A DNA stretch of 64,000 nt from an uncultured virus (IMG/VR IMGVR_UViG_3300008111_000060) (taxonomy: Duplodnaviria > Heunggongvirae > Uroviricota > Caudoviricetes): IMG/VR virus record IMGVR_UViG_3300008111_000060, one strand, 5' to 3'. The notes under the pieces were generated by a model, which was not told where the DNA came from, made no database searches, and saw only the letters and a list, made by a program, of their open reading frames with translations. The position numbers and the translations under genes are program-made. Each line of letters begins with the position of its first letter. Position 1 is the first letter of the stretch. Positions 47,701-57,900 of the stretch are shown piece after piece.

Positions 47701-49580
47701 TAAATCCACTAGATGCTGCGCTTATGAATCCTTTTAATACTGTAGGAGCACCAGAAGCTGTAGTTGGATTAGGTAGAGGTACCGTAGCTTTAGGTAAAGG
47801 TGTATATCAACTTGGTAAAAAAGGTTATGAAGAAGCTCCAAGAATCGGGAGATTTTTAAAACAAGGGTTTAATAAATTTGAAAATCTTGTTGGTCAAGGT
47901 TTTGATAATCTTAGCAGACAAGAGAATGCTATGTATCTAGATGACCTATATAGAAGAGGAATAATAGATAATCCGAATCCTATTGTAGATCCGTGGGATA
48001 CTTATGTTCCATCATATAGCGAGAATTATGATCCTAGCAAGAATTATACTCCACCATATAGCGAGGATTATACTCCACCATATGGCAATGAGCCATATCC
48101 TTGGGATGCAGAACCTTTTGTAACCCCTGCTGATATTGAAGGTGCTATAGAACAACATCTAAGACAAAGAAGAGCTTCAAATGTTGAACCATCTTCAAAT
48201 CAGCTTCCTCCTCCTCCTTCAGAAATAATATTACCAGAAGCAAATCGATTTAGAGAAACTTATAATTCAATATTAGGTAATCTTAGAAATCAATTTAGAA
48301 GATCAGGAGAAATTTTATCTGCAGATGATATTGCTTCTCGTTTTGCTAGAGAAAATAGTGTTAATGATTTGTATTCTTCTTCACCAGCTAGTAGTAGAAA
48401 CAATGAATTATCAGAATCTACTATTAATAGTTTACTTGGATACAATCAACCAGCACAAGCAGCAGTTGAAGTTATAGATCCTATTACTTTAAGAAGACAA
48501 CTTGTAGAAGCAATACCTAATAAAAAAGTAAAAGATATTACAGATAAAGTTTTACAAACAAATAAAAGATCTACAGGTAGTATTTCTTATTACGATGTTT
48601 TACAAAATGATAGAGGTGGTGTTAATCCTGAAATACGAGATTTTGACCAACACTTTATGCCTACAAATCAATTAGATTCTAGAATAGAAGATTTACAAAC
48701 TAGTATAAATGAGTTAGAAAAATTAATGAATGAGTATAATAATCCAATTCTTACTACTAAACAAGAAAATATTCGCGAACAGCAAAAATTTATTATTAAT
48801 AAATTACAACAAGAGTTAGAAGATGCTAAATCTACTAAATGGTTAAGAACAGAAAGAGTTGAAGAATTAAAAGCACAAGGATTAGATCCTGATGATCAAT
48901 TATCTATAGTGACAATTGGAGGTTCTTCTTATTTTGCTCCAAAACAACTTGTAGATAAAAATGGAAAAATACTTGGAACCGTAAATCTTGGTGGTAATAC
49001 TATTAGTTCTACAGGTCTTGCTTATAATCAACATGGTTATGCTTTTGGAAAACAATTTGCAAATGGTGCTAAAAATTATACTAAAGAAGAAGCAAGAGAT
49101 GTTTTAGCTCGTAGAGCTTATGATGAGTTGCTTATGACTCATCCAAGTGCTGCTTCTGATCCAGATAGATTAAAAGGTTTTGAACAAGCTGCTTATGAAA
49201 TAGCTGATGGTAAAATAAAAGAAATAGAATATAATAATAATAATAGTTTTGGTTTAACTTTATATAGAGGTGTTCATCATGGTATAAAAGATACTAGAGG
49301 AAACCTTAGATCTTATAAGCATTTTGCAGATACAGATTTACCAAATAAAATAACCGGATTTTTAGAAAAAGAGAAGAGAGCTAAAAGAGCATGGAATTCT
49401 TGGGATAGACAAGGCTATGTAAAAAATAATCCTATAGCAGGTGAAGATCCTATAGAAACTGGATACTACGAGTTTATTAAAAAGTTTGGTGGATCTTTTG
49501 ATGCTGTAAGATATCTTAAAGAGCACTCAAGAAAAATGAATAAAGGTGGTTCAACTCAAGGATGGTTAGATAACTATTAA
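44784..49580 (+). CDS. Modular cargo protein with an NlpC/P60-like hydrolase and other effector-like domains separated by GWLDKY/xxGG motifs
   Basis: YCAG...EPGDL...GHHM triad-like pattern; four GWL(D/Q)(K/N)Y motifs; two VF.P.TG.YTLPEV.I motifs. Confidence 0.75.
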   Translation: MKKKNTGWLDKYEDGGKTIMHHPKKTVFNPNTGEYTLPEVVIKPKKYTDAEADATSKKPWGEMAYKERVAYLDAKEKNKNKTITKAQAETWAKEAEAKSREQAKKEYAKEYVQQSMQDFYKHPIAMAPGMIFGSTIAPALGAIASLPQAYESGKNIAQGDGSFMDYANLALAAAGAKGAIPKIANPVKSYVQDVAYASKVAGKPKLPTYTNAIRWQPDVFPNSLVEAGKTLSPEQQALTGSWYSYADRPDQLGFYMSTRPGSGNINTLRLSEREIAELEGAMPDYAKGMSGKAESVPTSDSYMKGELIVPKNIRTKAKQIRFDVNPSEYIPQSKGVYPGMFFGADEYAQSLTGRHVQDIINSQYPNLMKIPRKYFPFEYGGWLQKYDRGGDPETPPKTSLSPEAFEQQYIDNLKRRLDLANLIEKEKKAVAAIRANFVPTAKKIDEADDKILREQGIPYQHFLKMRAAKNPEELRKLINTAPQELKYVLPDNGNFNIAQWDKKTNSWNPQQTPARELYCAGETCTVLRKAGAKDIPIIGGNVTFIGKVQKGELPFAKVNPDEAEPGDLAVVHGLAPAVYTDENSPIVNRGHHMTLLAKKPILDAKKNAQKIEAYNAVEGNRLFYGLSERTAGGDDDEHYTFYRYTGAVPKYEKELADIQEYFKNTRLPDMQPIQSRLPQAPEPELKREGGWLDKYDNKYKRGGSKSKSKFTSKNIQSSINTLFARNYDLFGPSGKKYYNPLSKFDDGGQPVFDPTTGMYTLPEVTIEAEAPEWSDLSQEYERTNPLQAFVRGRKEDVIRQSPRGLNKLFGVNPSQFASSIENNIANEYDYLKNTAIIEGIAKSRGIDLSERGDWVDQLSNKEKEILANSKYETLLQPSFYAKSLAGLQELAGYMPGTLPNKYAPLTPGLTKREQEEIHNEKFLGVPTGALNAFQFMDVPGQAIANVLKNRGLSTGSDYRDIPGVLSGKSMGNVNPLDAALMNPFNTVGAPEAVVGLGRGTVALGKGVYQLGKKGYEEAPRIGRFLKQGFNKFENLVGQGFDNLSRQENAMYLDDLYRRGIIDNPNPIVDPWDTYVPSYSENYDPSKNYTPPYSEDYTPPYGNEPYPWDAEPFVTPADIEGAIEQHLRQRRASNVEPSSNQLPPPPSEIILPEANRFRETYNSILGNLRNQFRRSGEILSADDIASRFARENSVNDLYSSSPASSRNNELSESTINSLLGYNQPAQAAVEVIDPITLRRQLVEAIPNKKVKDITDKVLQTNKRSTGSISYYDVLQNDRGGVNPEIRDFDQHFMPTNQLDSRIEDLQTSINELEKLMNEYNNPILTTKQENIREQQKFIINKLQQELEDAKSTKWLRTERVEELKAQGLDPDDQLSIVTIGGSSYFAPKQLVDKNGKILGTVNLGGNTISSTGLAYNQHGYAFGKQFANGAKNYTKEEARDVLARRAYDELLMTHPSAASDPDRLKGFEQAAYEIADGKIKEIEYNNNNSFGLTLYRGVHHGIKDTRGNLRSYKHFADTDLPNKITGFLEKEKRAKRAWNSWDRQGYVKNNPIAGEDPIETGYYEFIKKFGGSFDAVRYLKEHSRKMNKGGSTQGWLDNY

Positions 49581-49593
49581 CAATAAATATAAT

Positions 49594-49619
49594 AAGTTTA
49601 AAAAATAATTGTATATTAA
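49594..49619 (+). promoter_or_regulatory. Promoter-like: AAGTTTA box plus GTATATTA
   Basis: aagtttaaaaaataattgtatattaa. Confidence 0.5.
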
Positions 49620-49638
49620 CAGCATAATTTAAAACAAC

Positions 49639-52113
49639 ATGACAGCAGCAGAAAGATTAGCTTATGTAGGTTTACCAGATACTCCTGAAGGCAGAGAAAC
49701 ATTCTATGATATGTTTGATGATGAATCAAAGTGGGATGATTTTTATTCTCAAGAAATGGCTAGAGGTGGAACAACCTCTACATACATGTTTCCTCAAGCT
49801 TTTTACCAGGATGGCGGAGCTACTGATGGCATAGCTTATCCTCAACAACCTACTTCACAGTATATGTTTGAAGGAGCTTCTTGGTATCCTAGTTATAAAG
49901 AACATGGTGGTATTGCTTATCCACAGCAACCTACTGCTGATGTATTTTTTAGTGCAAATCCTTGGCAACCCCACTATGAAGAAGGTGGTCAGTATGGAGG
50001 ATCTGCTTCACCACTAGGCTATGGTCAGATGCCACCTGTTATGGATTTTGGAGGTATGTCTAAAGGAGATAAGAAAACATTTCTTAAAAGCTTTGTAGAC
50101 AACTACATGAAATATGCTTATGGAGGTAATGCTTCTCAGATGGAAGCTGATACAGATCCTATTAACTATCCTGAAAAGATTAGAAATAACTTTGTTAGTA
50201 AGTTACAAAAAAATGCTACTATATCAAGAGCAGAAGATGAAGGTAAGGCTATCTTAAATAATCTAATGCAAAACAACCAAGTTGAGCCAATGGCTTTTAA
50301 CTATGGTGGAGGTATGGATTATGATTGGGATTCTATGAGAAATCCTAATGCTCAAGCTCAAGCTGATATGTATAATAACATGGCAGATGAATATGAAAAT
50401 CAAGCTATGAATTCTACACAACAAGCTGGTCAAAATTTATTTGATATTGGCAAACAGTTTATGAATAATAGAAATGCTATCAATGCTCAGACAGAAGCTG
50501 CAAAAAACTTTGCTGCTTCCACAATGACAGGAGCTGAAGCAGCTCGTGGTGGTAGCTTTAATGTACCTAGATTTGATCCAGGTGGAGGATTTAGTAAAAA
50601 TATAGGACCTGATCCAGGTAACTTATTTAAAAAATCAACACCTATATTTTTCCCTAATGCGGGTGCTCCTGCAGCTCCAGCAGCAAAGGTTGATCCATAT
50701 GCTGGTTTAAATCAAGCTCAAATACTAAGAAAACAATTAGAAGAAAAATATCCTACTAGTAATACTGGTCAACAAAATCAGTCATATGATTTAGCACAAC
50801 TACTAGGTCAATACTTTGGAACAAATCCTAATCAATCAGGAAGATATGTTTTTGCTCCAACCTTTGGTGATCCTTTTGATTATAAAGGTAGAAACCAATA
50901 TGGTAAGTTTAGATTAAGAAGCTATGGTCCAGGAATATTTAATCCAAATGCTGGTAATGTTTATGGAACTGCTTCACAAAATACAGGTAATTTTAATTTT
51001 GGTAATATGTCTAAGATGGATCCTAATCAATTAGCTGCTGCTCAACAGTATCTTAAAGATAAAGGAATTAGTCTTGAATATTCACAACAAAATAGAAAGT
51101 TTTTTAATAAACTTTTAGGACCAAAAAGTTTTAGTTTAAAATATAATATAGGTAATTCAAGTACTGGAACTACTCAACCTGGAGCTGCACCAACTACTCC
51201 TGTTGCCCCAGCTGAAGCAAAAAAACCAGGATTCTTTGATAGGATGAAAGAGAAGAATCAAGCTAGAAAAGCTACTAAAGAAGCTGCTAGATATGAAGAG
51301 TTTAAAAAGAATAATCCAGTTTATCCTAATGAAAAAACACCAACAGGTGCACCGGTTATATCACCATTAGATCAATCTAATGCGTTGCCAAATGCTAATA
51401 GTAATTCAAATTGGTCAATGATGGAAAAACCTGGATTAGTATTAGATCCTAATTCACCTGGCTCAAGTGGACCTGTTATGTCTCCAATGCAAAGAGCTAA
51501 TGCGTTACCAGCAGGTACACAAAGCGTTCCTTACACACCTAGACCTACAATAAATCCTAATGATTCTACACCAACGGGTCCTGTAATGGAACCTCTTGAT
51601 CAATCTGGTGCTGTATTTAATTATGGTGGTTATTACTTACCAAAAGCTGTAGGTGGATTTGATAATAGTAATTTAATTACTAAAGATGTAGGATTTCAGT
51701 ATGATCAAAATCTTAATCCTTTTACAGGTGTAGGTCAAAAAGTTATGAAATCTATGCCTAGTATAATGCAAGCAACAACAAATTTAGTTAATTATCATAG
51801 AATAGGAAAAGGATTAGAAGATCAAGCTTTTGCTAAAACATCTGCTGATGCTAATTACTTTGCTGATAATCGTGTTAATAAAGGATCCAAAATGATTGAT
51901 CCTTATAATGCGGCAAGTTTAGATGATCCATATCAAACAGGTTTCCAATTACATGATCAAGGAAGAGCTTTCCAAAATAGCAACATAAAGGATAGCAGAT
52001 ATGGTGGAAACTTATATCCTGATGGCGGCCAAGTAGGAGATATAATGTATTTGTCTGATGAAGATGTAGCAAGATTTATGGCAGAAGGTGGAACAATAGA
52101 ATTTTTAGATTAA
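49639..52113 (+). CDS. Low-complexity cargo protein rich in xxGG motifs
   Basis: Gly/Asn/Gln/Met-rich with internal repeats; position among the ejected-protein genes. Confidence 0.75.
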   Translation: MTAAERLAYVGLPDTPEGRETFYDMFDDESKWDDFYSQEMARGGTTSTYMFPQAFYQDGGATDGIAYPQQPTSQYMFEGASWYPSYKEHGGIAYPQQPTADVFFSANPWQPHYEEGGQYGGSASPLGYGQMPPVMDFGGMSKGDKKTFLKSFVDNYMKYAYGGNASQMEADTDPINYPEKIRNNFVSKLQKNATISRAEDEGKAILNNLMQNNQVEPMAFNYGGGMDYDWDSMRNPNAQAQADMYNNMADEYENQAMNSTQQAGQNLFDIGKQFMNNRNAINAQTEAAKNFAASTMTGAEAARGGSFNVPRFDPGGGFSKNIGPDPGNLFKKSTPIFFPNAGAPAAPAAKVDPYAGLNQAQILRKQLEEKYPTSNTGQQNQSYDLAQLLGQYFGTNPNQSGRYVFAPTFGDPFDYKGRNQYGKFRLRSYGPGIFNPNAGNVYGTASQNTGNFNFGNMSKMDPNQLAAAQQYLKDKGISLEYSQQNRKFFNKLLGPKSFSLKYNIGNSSTGTTQPGAAPTTPVAPAEAKKPGFFDRMKEKNQARKATKEAARYEEFKKNNPVYPNEKTPTGAPVISPLDQSNALPNANSNSNWSMMEKPGLVLDPNSPGSSGPVMSPMQRANALPAGTQSVPYTPRPTINPNDSTPTGPVMEPLDQSGAVFNYGGYYLPKAVGGFDNSNLITKDVGFQYDQNLNPFTGVGQKVMKSMPSIMQATTNLVNYHRIGKGLEDQAFAKTSADANYFADNRVNKGSKMIDPYNAASLDDPYQTGFQLHDQGRAFQNSNIKDSRYGGNLYPDGGQVGDIMYLSDEDVARFMAEGGTIEFLD

Positions 52114-52114
52114 T

Positions 52115-54922
52115 ATGCTAAGAAAAGTAAAAATAACAGGACTTCCAAAAGCAGCTAAAGGTGGACCTAGAGTTAACCCTGCTATGGGCTTTAATGCTAA
52201 TACATTAAATTGGCCAGCTATGCCGGGTCAGATGTCCGATAAACCAATAATGGTTAAAAAGAGTATTGGTCCAACAAAAGGTAAACCTGATCTAGAAGCT
52301 GAGAAAGGTGAGACTATTGTTGCTGATTATATGAATGGGGGTATTCCTCAGCAATATATTATTGGTGGCAAAAGACACTCACAAGGTGGTACTAATTTAT
52401 CTGTGCCTAAAAATTCTCCTGCTTTTATTTTTTCAGATACACCAGCTCTAAAAATAAAAGATGAAGAAGTTCTTGCTATGTTTAACAAGAAGCTTAAGAA
52501 TGGTGGATTAACTCCGGCAGAAATTGCTAAGCAATATAATATCAATGATTACTATGCAATGCTTCTTGATCCAGATTCAGATGATCTTCAAAGAAAAACT
52601 GCAGAAGCTATGATTGCTAAATACAATCTTAAGCTAGGTGGTTTAGCTTTATATCAAGAATCTATGAAAGGATTTAAAGAGGGTGGGATACCACCGATAT
52701 CTCAATCCTATGTAGAGATGACTGGTATAGATCCTCAATCGATTATGCCGCCGGAACCAACACAAGCTCAACAAGAGAATCCTTATGGTGACATGGCTAA
52801 ATATGGAAAGAGTATTAATAAGTTTATTCCACAAGCTCGTAGAGGAAACAGAGGAGATAATCCTCTTCTACAAGCTTTGAATAATCTTATGCCAGGGAGA
52901 ACCGCGGATCCATTTCCTATGTTCGGAAATAGAAGACAACCTGTAGGATACAGATTTAATCCTCAAGCAAATATAATTGAAGTTGTAAACAGTAATGGAG
53001 AAGTAATTGGATACGGTACCAGATCAAATCAAAAATATCGTGATCCTTATAGTGGATGGGACGGAACAGGATCTATGCCATTTATTACATCTTCTAATGC
53101 TCCACAAGAATGGAAAGATAGAAATGGATTTGGTGACAACTCTTCTACAAGTACTCAAACTACAACAACAACTACTAAAAAGAAAAAGGTTAAGAAACAA
53201 GTTGTACCTGCAGATGCTCAAATAATTAAACGTAGTGATTATGCTACAGATGCAGAATACGAAGCTGCTAGAGATAAAGCTTTTGCAGATGCTGGTGGTA
53301 AGAAAACCATTTATACTCAAGATAAAAATGGTAGATACTATACAGTAGAAGAAAAAGATTATGCTGGTTCAAATGCTGATGAAAACATTGAGATGATTAA
53401 AAGCGCTTTTAAAAACCCTAAAGTAGCTGAAGAATTTAAAGCAAATATTTTAAAAGGTTTTGATCAAAAAAATAAAGATGGTAAATCAGTTGTTAGGCAT
53501 GCTGGTCTTAAAAAAGCAGATGTTGAAAAGATGACTGCTGATGAATTAGCTGATCAGTTTATAGAATTTAATACTAGAAATATCAAAGGTATAGAACAGC
53601 TTAGTAAAGAGTTAGGCATTAAACCTGGTGATATGAGTCAAGGAAGTGTATTAAAATTTTTTAATAATAAAAGTGGTAAAAAGGTTGAAAATTGTGCTTT
53701 TGATGCTCAAGGTAATCGTAACAGTAAAGAAGATCAACAGCGTTGTGCAAGTTTAAAATATAAAAGCTTAGAAGATCTTTATGAAAAAACAGGTACTCCT
53801 ATGCCTAAAGATGATAAGTCTAAAGCTTTACAACAACTTACATATATTGGTTATAATAACCTTTTAAAGGCCAGAGATAACAAAGAGATTAAAGATGATG
53901 AAATCAATAAGAGTTTATCACCTTTTATTATTGGACAAAAAGGTGTAGGCGATGAAAAGATTGCTGGTAAATATGCTGGTTCTATATCGGATGCTGATGC
54001 TGTTTATACTAATACCACGGCTGGAGAATATGCAGCTATTACCGGTAAAAAAAGAAATGAGAAAGAGTTAGGTGAAACAGAAACAGAAGAGGATGAAACA
54101 ACTACTGATGTTAATAATGTAAACACAGATGCTAACATGCCTTATGGTTTTGGTTACAAGCCAAAGAAAGAATATTTTAGACAGGATGAAAATAGAATGG
54201 CTTTTGATTTAGGTAATCTATTAACAGCTAGAAAGTATATGCCTTGGCAAGCAAGTTTAAATCCATCTCTTATTAAAAATGAATATTATAGTCCAGAAAG
54301 AGAATTAGCAGCTAATGCAGAGCAGAGTAATATTATGGCTAATGTATTAGCTGGATTTACAGGTAGAAAGAAATTCTCATCTGCTGCTTCTCAGTTATCT
54401 GGGGCAGGAGCTAAGAATGCTGCGGATATCTTAGGTAGATACAATAACCTTAATGTTGGTGTAGCAAATAGATCTGCTGAGCAAAATGCAGATATATTAA
54501 ACAGATTTAATATGTTAAATGCTGATTTAGCTACCAAGCTTTTTGATAAGAATACTATTGGTAATCAGCAATATAGAAATGCTAAAATAGCATATGGAGA
54601 TAACTTTGTTACATCTTTAAATAATGCTATAACCAATGCTTCTAATGCTTACAATTTAAATCAAATGAATCCTCAGTTTAATATCAGTCCTCGCAGAGGA
54701 GGTGACATGTTTTTTACAGGTGTACCAAAACCTTGGAATAGAACTGGATATACAACTGAAGATTTGACTACAGCATTTAATACTGCTAAAGGTAAACTAC
54801 CTGGTGTTAAAGATGAAGTTATTTGGAACATTGTTAAGAACCAAAAAGGAATTGGAACAGAAGCACCAGATATGAGTTTTCTTTCACAAGCAAATAATGT
54901 AATAAGCAATTCAGGAGTATAA
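52115..54922 (+). CDS. crAss-like cargo protein
   Basis: EAEKGE...GGKRHSQGG motif; Asn/Ala-rich helical C-terminus. Confidence 0.75.
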   Translation: MLRKVKITGLPKAAKGGPRVNPAMGFNANTLNWPAMPGQMSDKPIMVKKSIGPTKGKPDLEAEKGETIVADYMNGGIPQQYIIGGKRHSQGGTNLSVPKNSPAFIFSDTPALKIKDEEVLAMFNKKLKNGGLTPAEIAKQYNINDYYAMLLDPDSDDLQRKTAEAMIAKYNLKLGGLALYQESMKGFKEGGIPPISQSYVEMTGIDPQSIMPPEPTQAQQENPYGDMAKYGKSINKFIPQARRGNRGDNPLLQALNNLMPGRTADPFPMFGNRRQPVGYRFNPQANIIEVVNSNGEVIGYGTRSNQKYRDPYSGWDGTGSMPFITSSNAPQEWKDRNGFGDNSSTSTQTTTTTTKKKKVKKQVVPADAQIIKRSDYATDAEYEAARDKAFADAGGKKTIYTQDKNGRYYTVEEKDYAGSNADENIEMIKSAFKNPKVAEEFKANILKGFDQKNKDGKSVVRHAGLKKADVEKMTADELADQFIEFNTRNIKGIEQLSKELGIKPGDMSQGSVLKFFNNKSGKKVENCAFDAQGNRNSKEDQQRCASLKYKSLEDLYEKTGTPMPKDDKSKALQQLTYIGYNNLLKARDNKEIKDDEINKSLSPFIIGQKGVGDEKIAGKYAGSISDADAVYTNTTAGEYAAITGKKRNEKELGETETEEDETTTDVNNVNTDANMPYGFGYKPKKEYFRQDENRMAFDLGNLLTARKYMPWQASLNPSLIKNEYYSPERELAANAEQSNIMANVLAGFTGRKKFSSAASQLSGAGAKNAADILGRYNNLNVGVANRSAEQNADILNRFNMLNADLATKLFDKNTIGNQQYRNAKIAYGDNFVTSLNNAITNASNAYNLNQMNPQFNISPRRGGDMFFTGVPKPWNRTGYTTEDLTTAFNTAKGKLPGVKDEVIWNIVKNQKGIGTEAPDMSFLSQANNVISNSGV

Positions 54923-54968
54923 ACCTTATAAGTTTAATAAACTTATAAAGTTTTTGTATTATATTTAC
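54921..54968 (+). promoter_or_regulatory. Palindromic operator-like site plus TATATTT promoter element
   Basis: TTATAAGTTTA-a-TAAACTTATAA perfect 11-bp inverted repeat, then ttgtattatatttac. Confidence 0.65.
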
Positions 54969-54988
54969 AAAATAAAATTAGATAAAAA

Positions 54989-57900
54989 ATGGCTACTTAT
55001 ATCCCTGGAATAACGGATTATATACCTCAAGCACAACCATTTAGACCCGACTTTAATATGTTGGGCAATATGTTGCAGACTAAACAAAGTAGATATGATG
55101 CTAATCATAAGCAACTTAGTTCTATTTATAGTACTCTTTTAAATTCTCCTTTAATGAGAGATGAGAATATTTCTAAAAGAGATATGTTTTTTAAATCAGT
55201 TGATCAATCTATACAAAGAATAGCTGGATTAGATTTATCATTAGATCAAAATGTTGAAGCTGCAAAATCTATATTCAAAGGTTTTTATGAAGATAAAGAT
55301 CTTATAAAGGATATGACTTGGACTAAAAACTATTACAATCAAAAAGAAAGATCACAGGCAATGCGTAATTGTATTAAGCCTGATGAGTGTGGTGGTTCTT
55401 GGTGGGAAGGTGGAGATAAGTATTTAGATTATAAAGCTCAAGAATTTAAAAATGCTACTAAAGAAGAAGCTTTAGGTTTTGAAAATGTAAATTATGTAGC
55501 TGCTCAAGATTTTCAAGACAAGGCTATGAAAGCTGCAAAAGATGCAGGCTTCAAAGTTGTATATGATGATGTAAAAGGTGATTGGATTGTTAAGACTACC
55601 AATGGCACTGAGATGGTAAAACCATTATCAGAATTCTATGTATCCAAGTTTGGTGAAGAACCTGGTATGATGGAGTATCTTAAAGCTAATTCATATGTAA
55701 ATAGAAAAGATTGGGTAGCATCTAACTTGTCTAACTATCAAAGTGAAGACGAAGCTAACATGGCTTATATTCAAGAGTACTATAACCAAGTAGAGCAATC
55801 GATTAATGATGGTAAAAAAGAAGCTCAAACAAATGCTGATGTTGCTAATCAAAAAAGTAAAGATATAGATCAGCATGTTAAAACTACTGGTGTATTACCA
55901 CAATCTGATGATTGGCTTAGTCAGTGGGGAGATACTAAAGCTGAAGTTGAAGATACTGAGAAAAATGTAAAAGTATATGATGAGGCTGCTAATTCCATGA
56001 AGGTTTTTAAAAACAATATTGGAAACATGAAAGCTTATTTATCCTACTTCGATAACTCAGCTGCTATTGATTTGCTAAAAAGAAAATCTTTATTAGCTGC
56101 ATCAGAGTATGCAAACCTTACCACAGAAAGAGAGTTTAGAGAAAATCCTATAGCAAAAGCTGCTAGAGAACATGCTTGGGATTTAGAAAAAACAAGAATG
56201 AAGGAGGGTTATATTGATCCTAGAACAAATGAATATGTTCCTGGTACAGATGTCAGAGGCCAAATGATGATGAAAGATTATGAGGCTAAAAAGAAAAAAG
56301 AAGAAGAAGCAGCAATAGCAGCAGCTGAAAAAGCAATAAAGATTAATCCGCAAATTGTTGATAAAGGAAACACAGCAACACCGGTAATAGATCAGGCTCA
56401 AGCTGTTAGACTTAATAAAGAACAAAGTGTAAAAAGTTTATTAGATGTTCAGTCTGCTATGAATTCTAATATAAGCAATAGTGTTATTGCTATGCAAGAT
56501 GCTTTGGCTTCAGATTCTTCTCAAAGAACATCTATGTTAAATGTTTTAAAAGATGTATTAGGACCTAATACAAATATAAATCCTATAAAACTATTAGATA
56601 AAGATCCAGAAGAATTTGAAAAATTAAAAGGCTTAAGCTTAACTCAAAAAGATATAATCAATACTAAGTTTAAAAAATATACAGATGCTTCTACAGCAGA
56701 TGGTCAAGTTTATTCTAAATGGTTTGATGCAAATAGAGCAGCTTTAACACAAGATGCTGCTAACTATAATAATGCTTTAGCAGATTATAAAGCTATTACA
56801 GCTCATGTAGAAAATGGTAGACTTGCTGCAAAAAAAGAATATGAAGGTTTCATTAATAATGAAATAGCTAGCAAAAAGCTTGATGGAGAAGACCTTATGG
56901 AAAGAACCATTATCAAAGAAGCTTTACAAAATTCTGTTTCAATGGGATTTGCTGGTGGTGATGTAGATGCTTTTGCAAGAGAATGGGCAGCAAAAAATCA
57001 AAACAAATTTCAAGGAGGATCTGTTAAAAAAGTAGGAGAGCAAGATGTTATTGTTAATAAATATAAAGTTAAAAATCCTATATTAAAAACATTAACTAAG
57101 CAAGATGAAGCTTACGAGTTTGCAAAAGAAGCTTTAGAAAAAGGTAAAGCTTCCTTTGATGGATATGAAATGCTTAAAACACCAGCTTGGGATGCTATGG
57201 ATCCAAACATGCCAAAGGGTACAAATGCTAAAGCTACTAAAACATATGTAGCAAATGTAACACCTTGGGATATTAGTAATCCTCAATCTTCTCAAGATGC
57301 TCAAGATTTAATAGAATTACTTACAGCAACTAAGAAAGCTATTATAGAAAATAATGCTGTAGTTAGACCTGAGAATGATTTCTCATTAGATGAAGAGTAT
57401 ACTTATAAAGATAGCGACAAAGGAGCTATTGCTAAACTTAATCAGTATATAGCTGATTTAGAATCTGGTGATAAAGAAAAAATTAAAAATATTACTTCCG
57501 AGTTTCAGTTTTCTAGAATATCGGGTAATAGATATGGTAAATCATATATCTATCTTAATCCTAATGAAAGTTGGAATCAGATTTATAGAACTGGTGAAGA
57601 GAAGAAGTCACCGCTGTTTACTACAAATGAAGATCAAGAACTGTTAGATAATATATCAAAACCAATTGCTGTAGAGTTACCAAGTAGTTATGTTGCTAAT
57701 ACAAGATTGTATAAAACAACATCTCCTAGCATGATTGATTTTAGATTAAAAACAGATAAACAAGTTGTTGATAATGTTCCTTTAGGAGGTAAAAGTATAA
57801 TTACTAAAGATGGTGATATGTATATTTTGCAAAAGGAATTTATACGCGTTAATAATGATGGGACAAAATCTGTTGAAACAGTAACAACTAAAGAGCCTAT

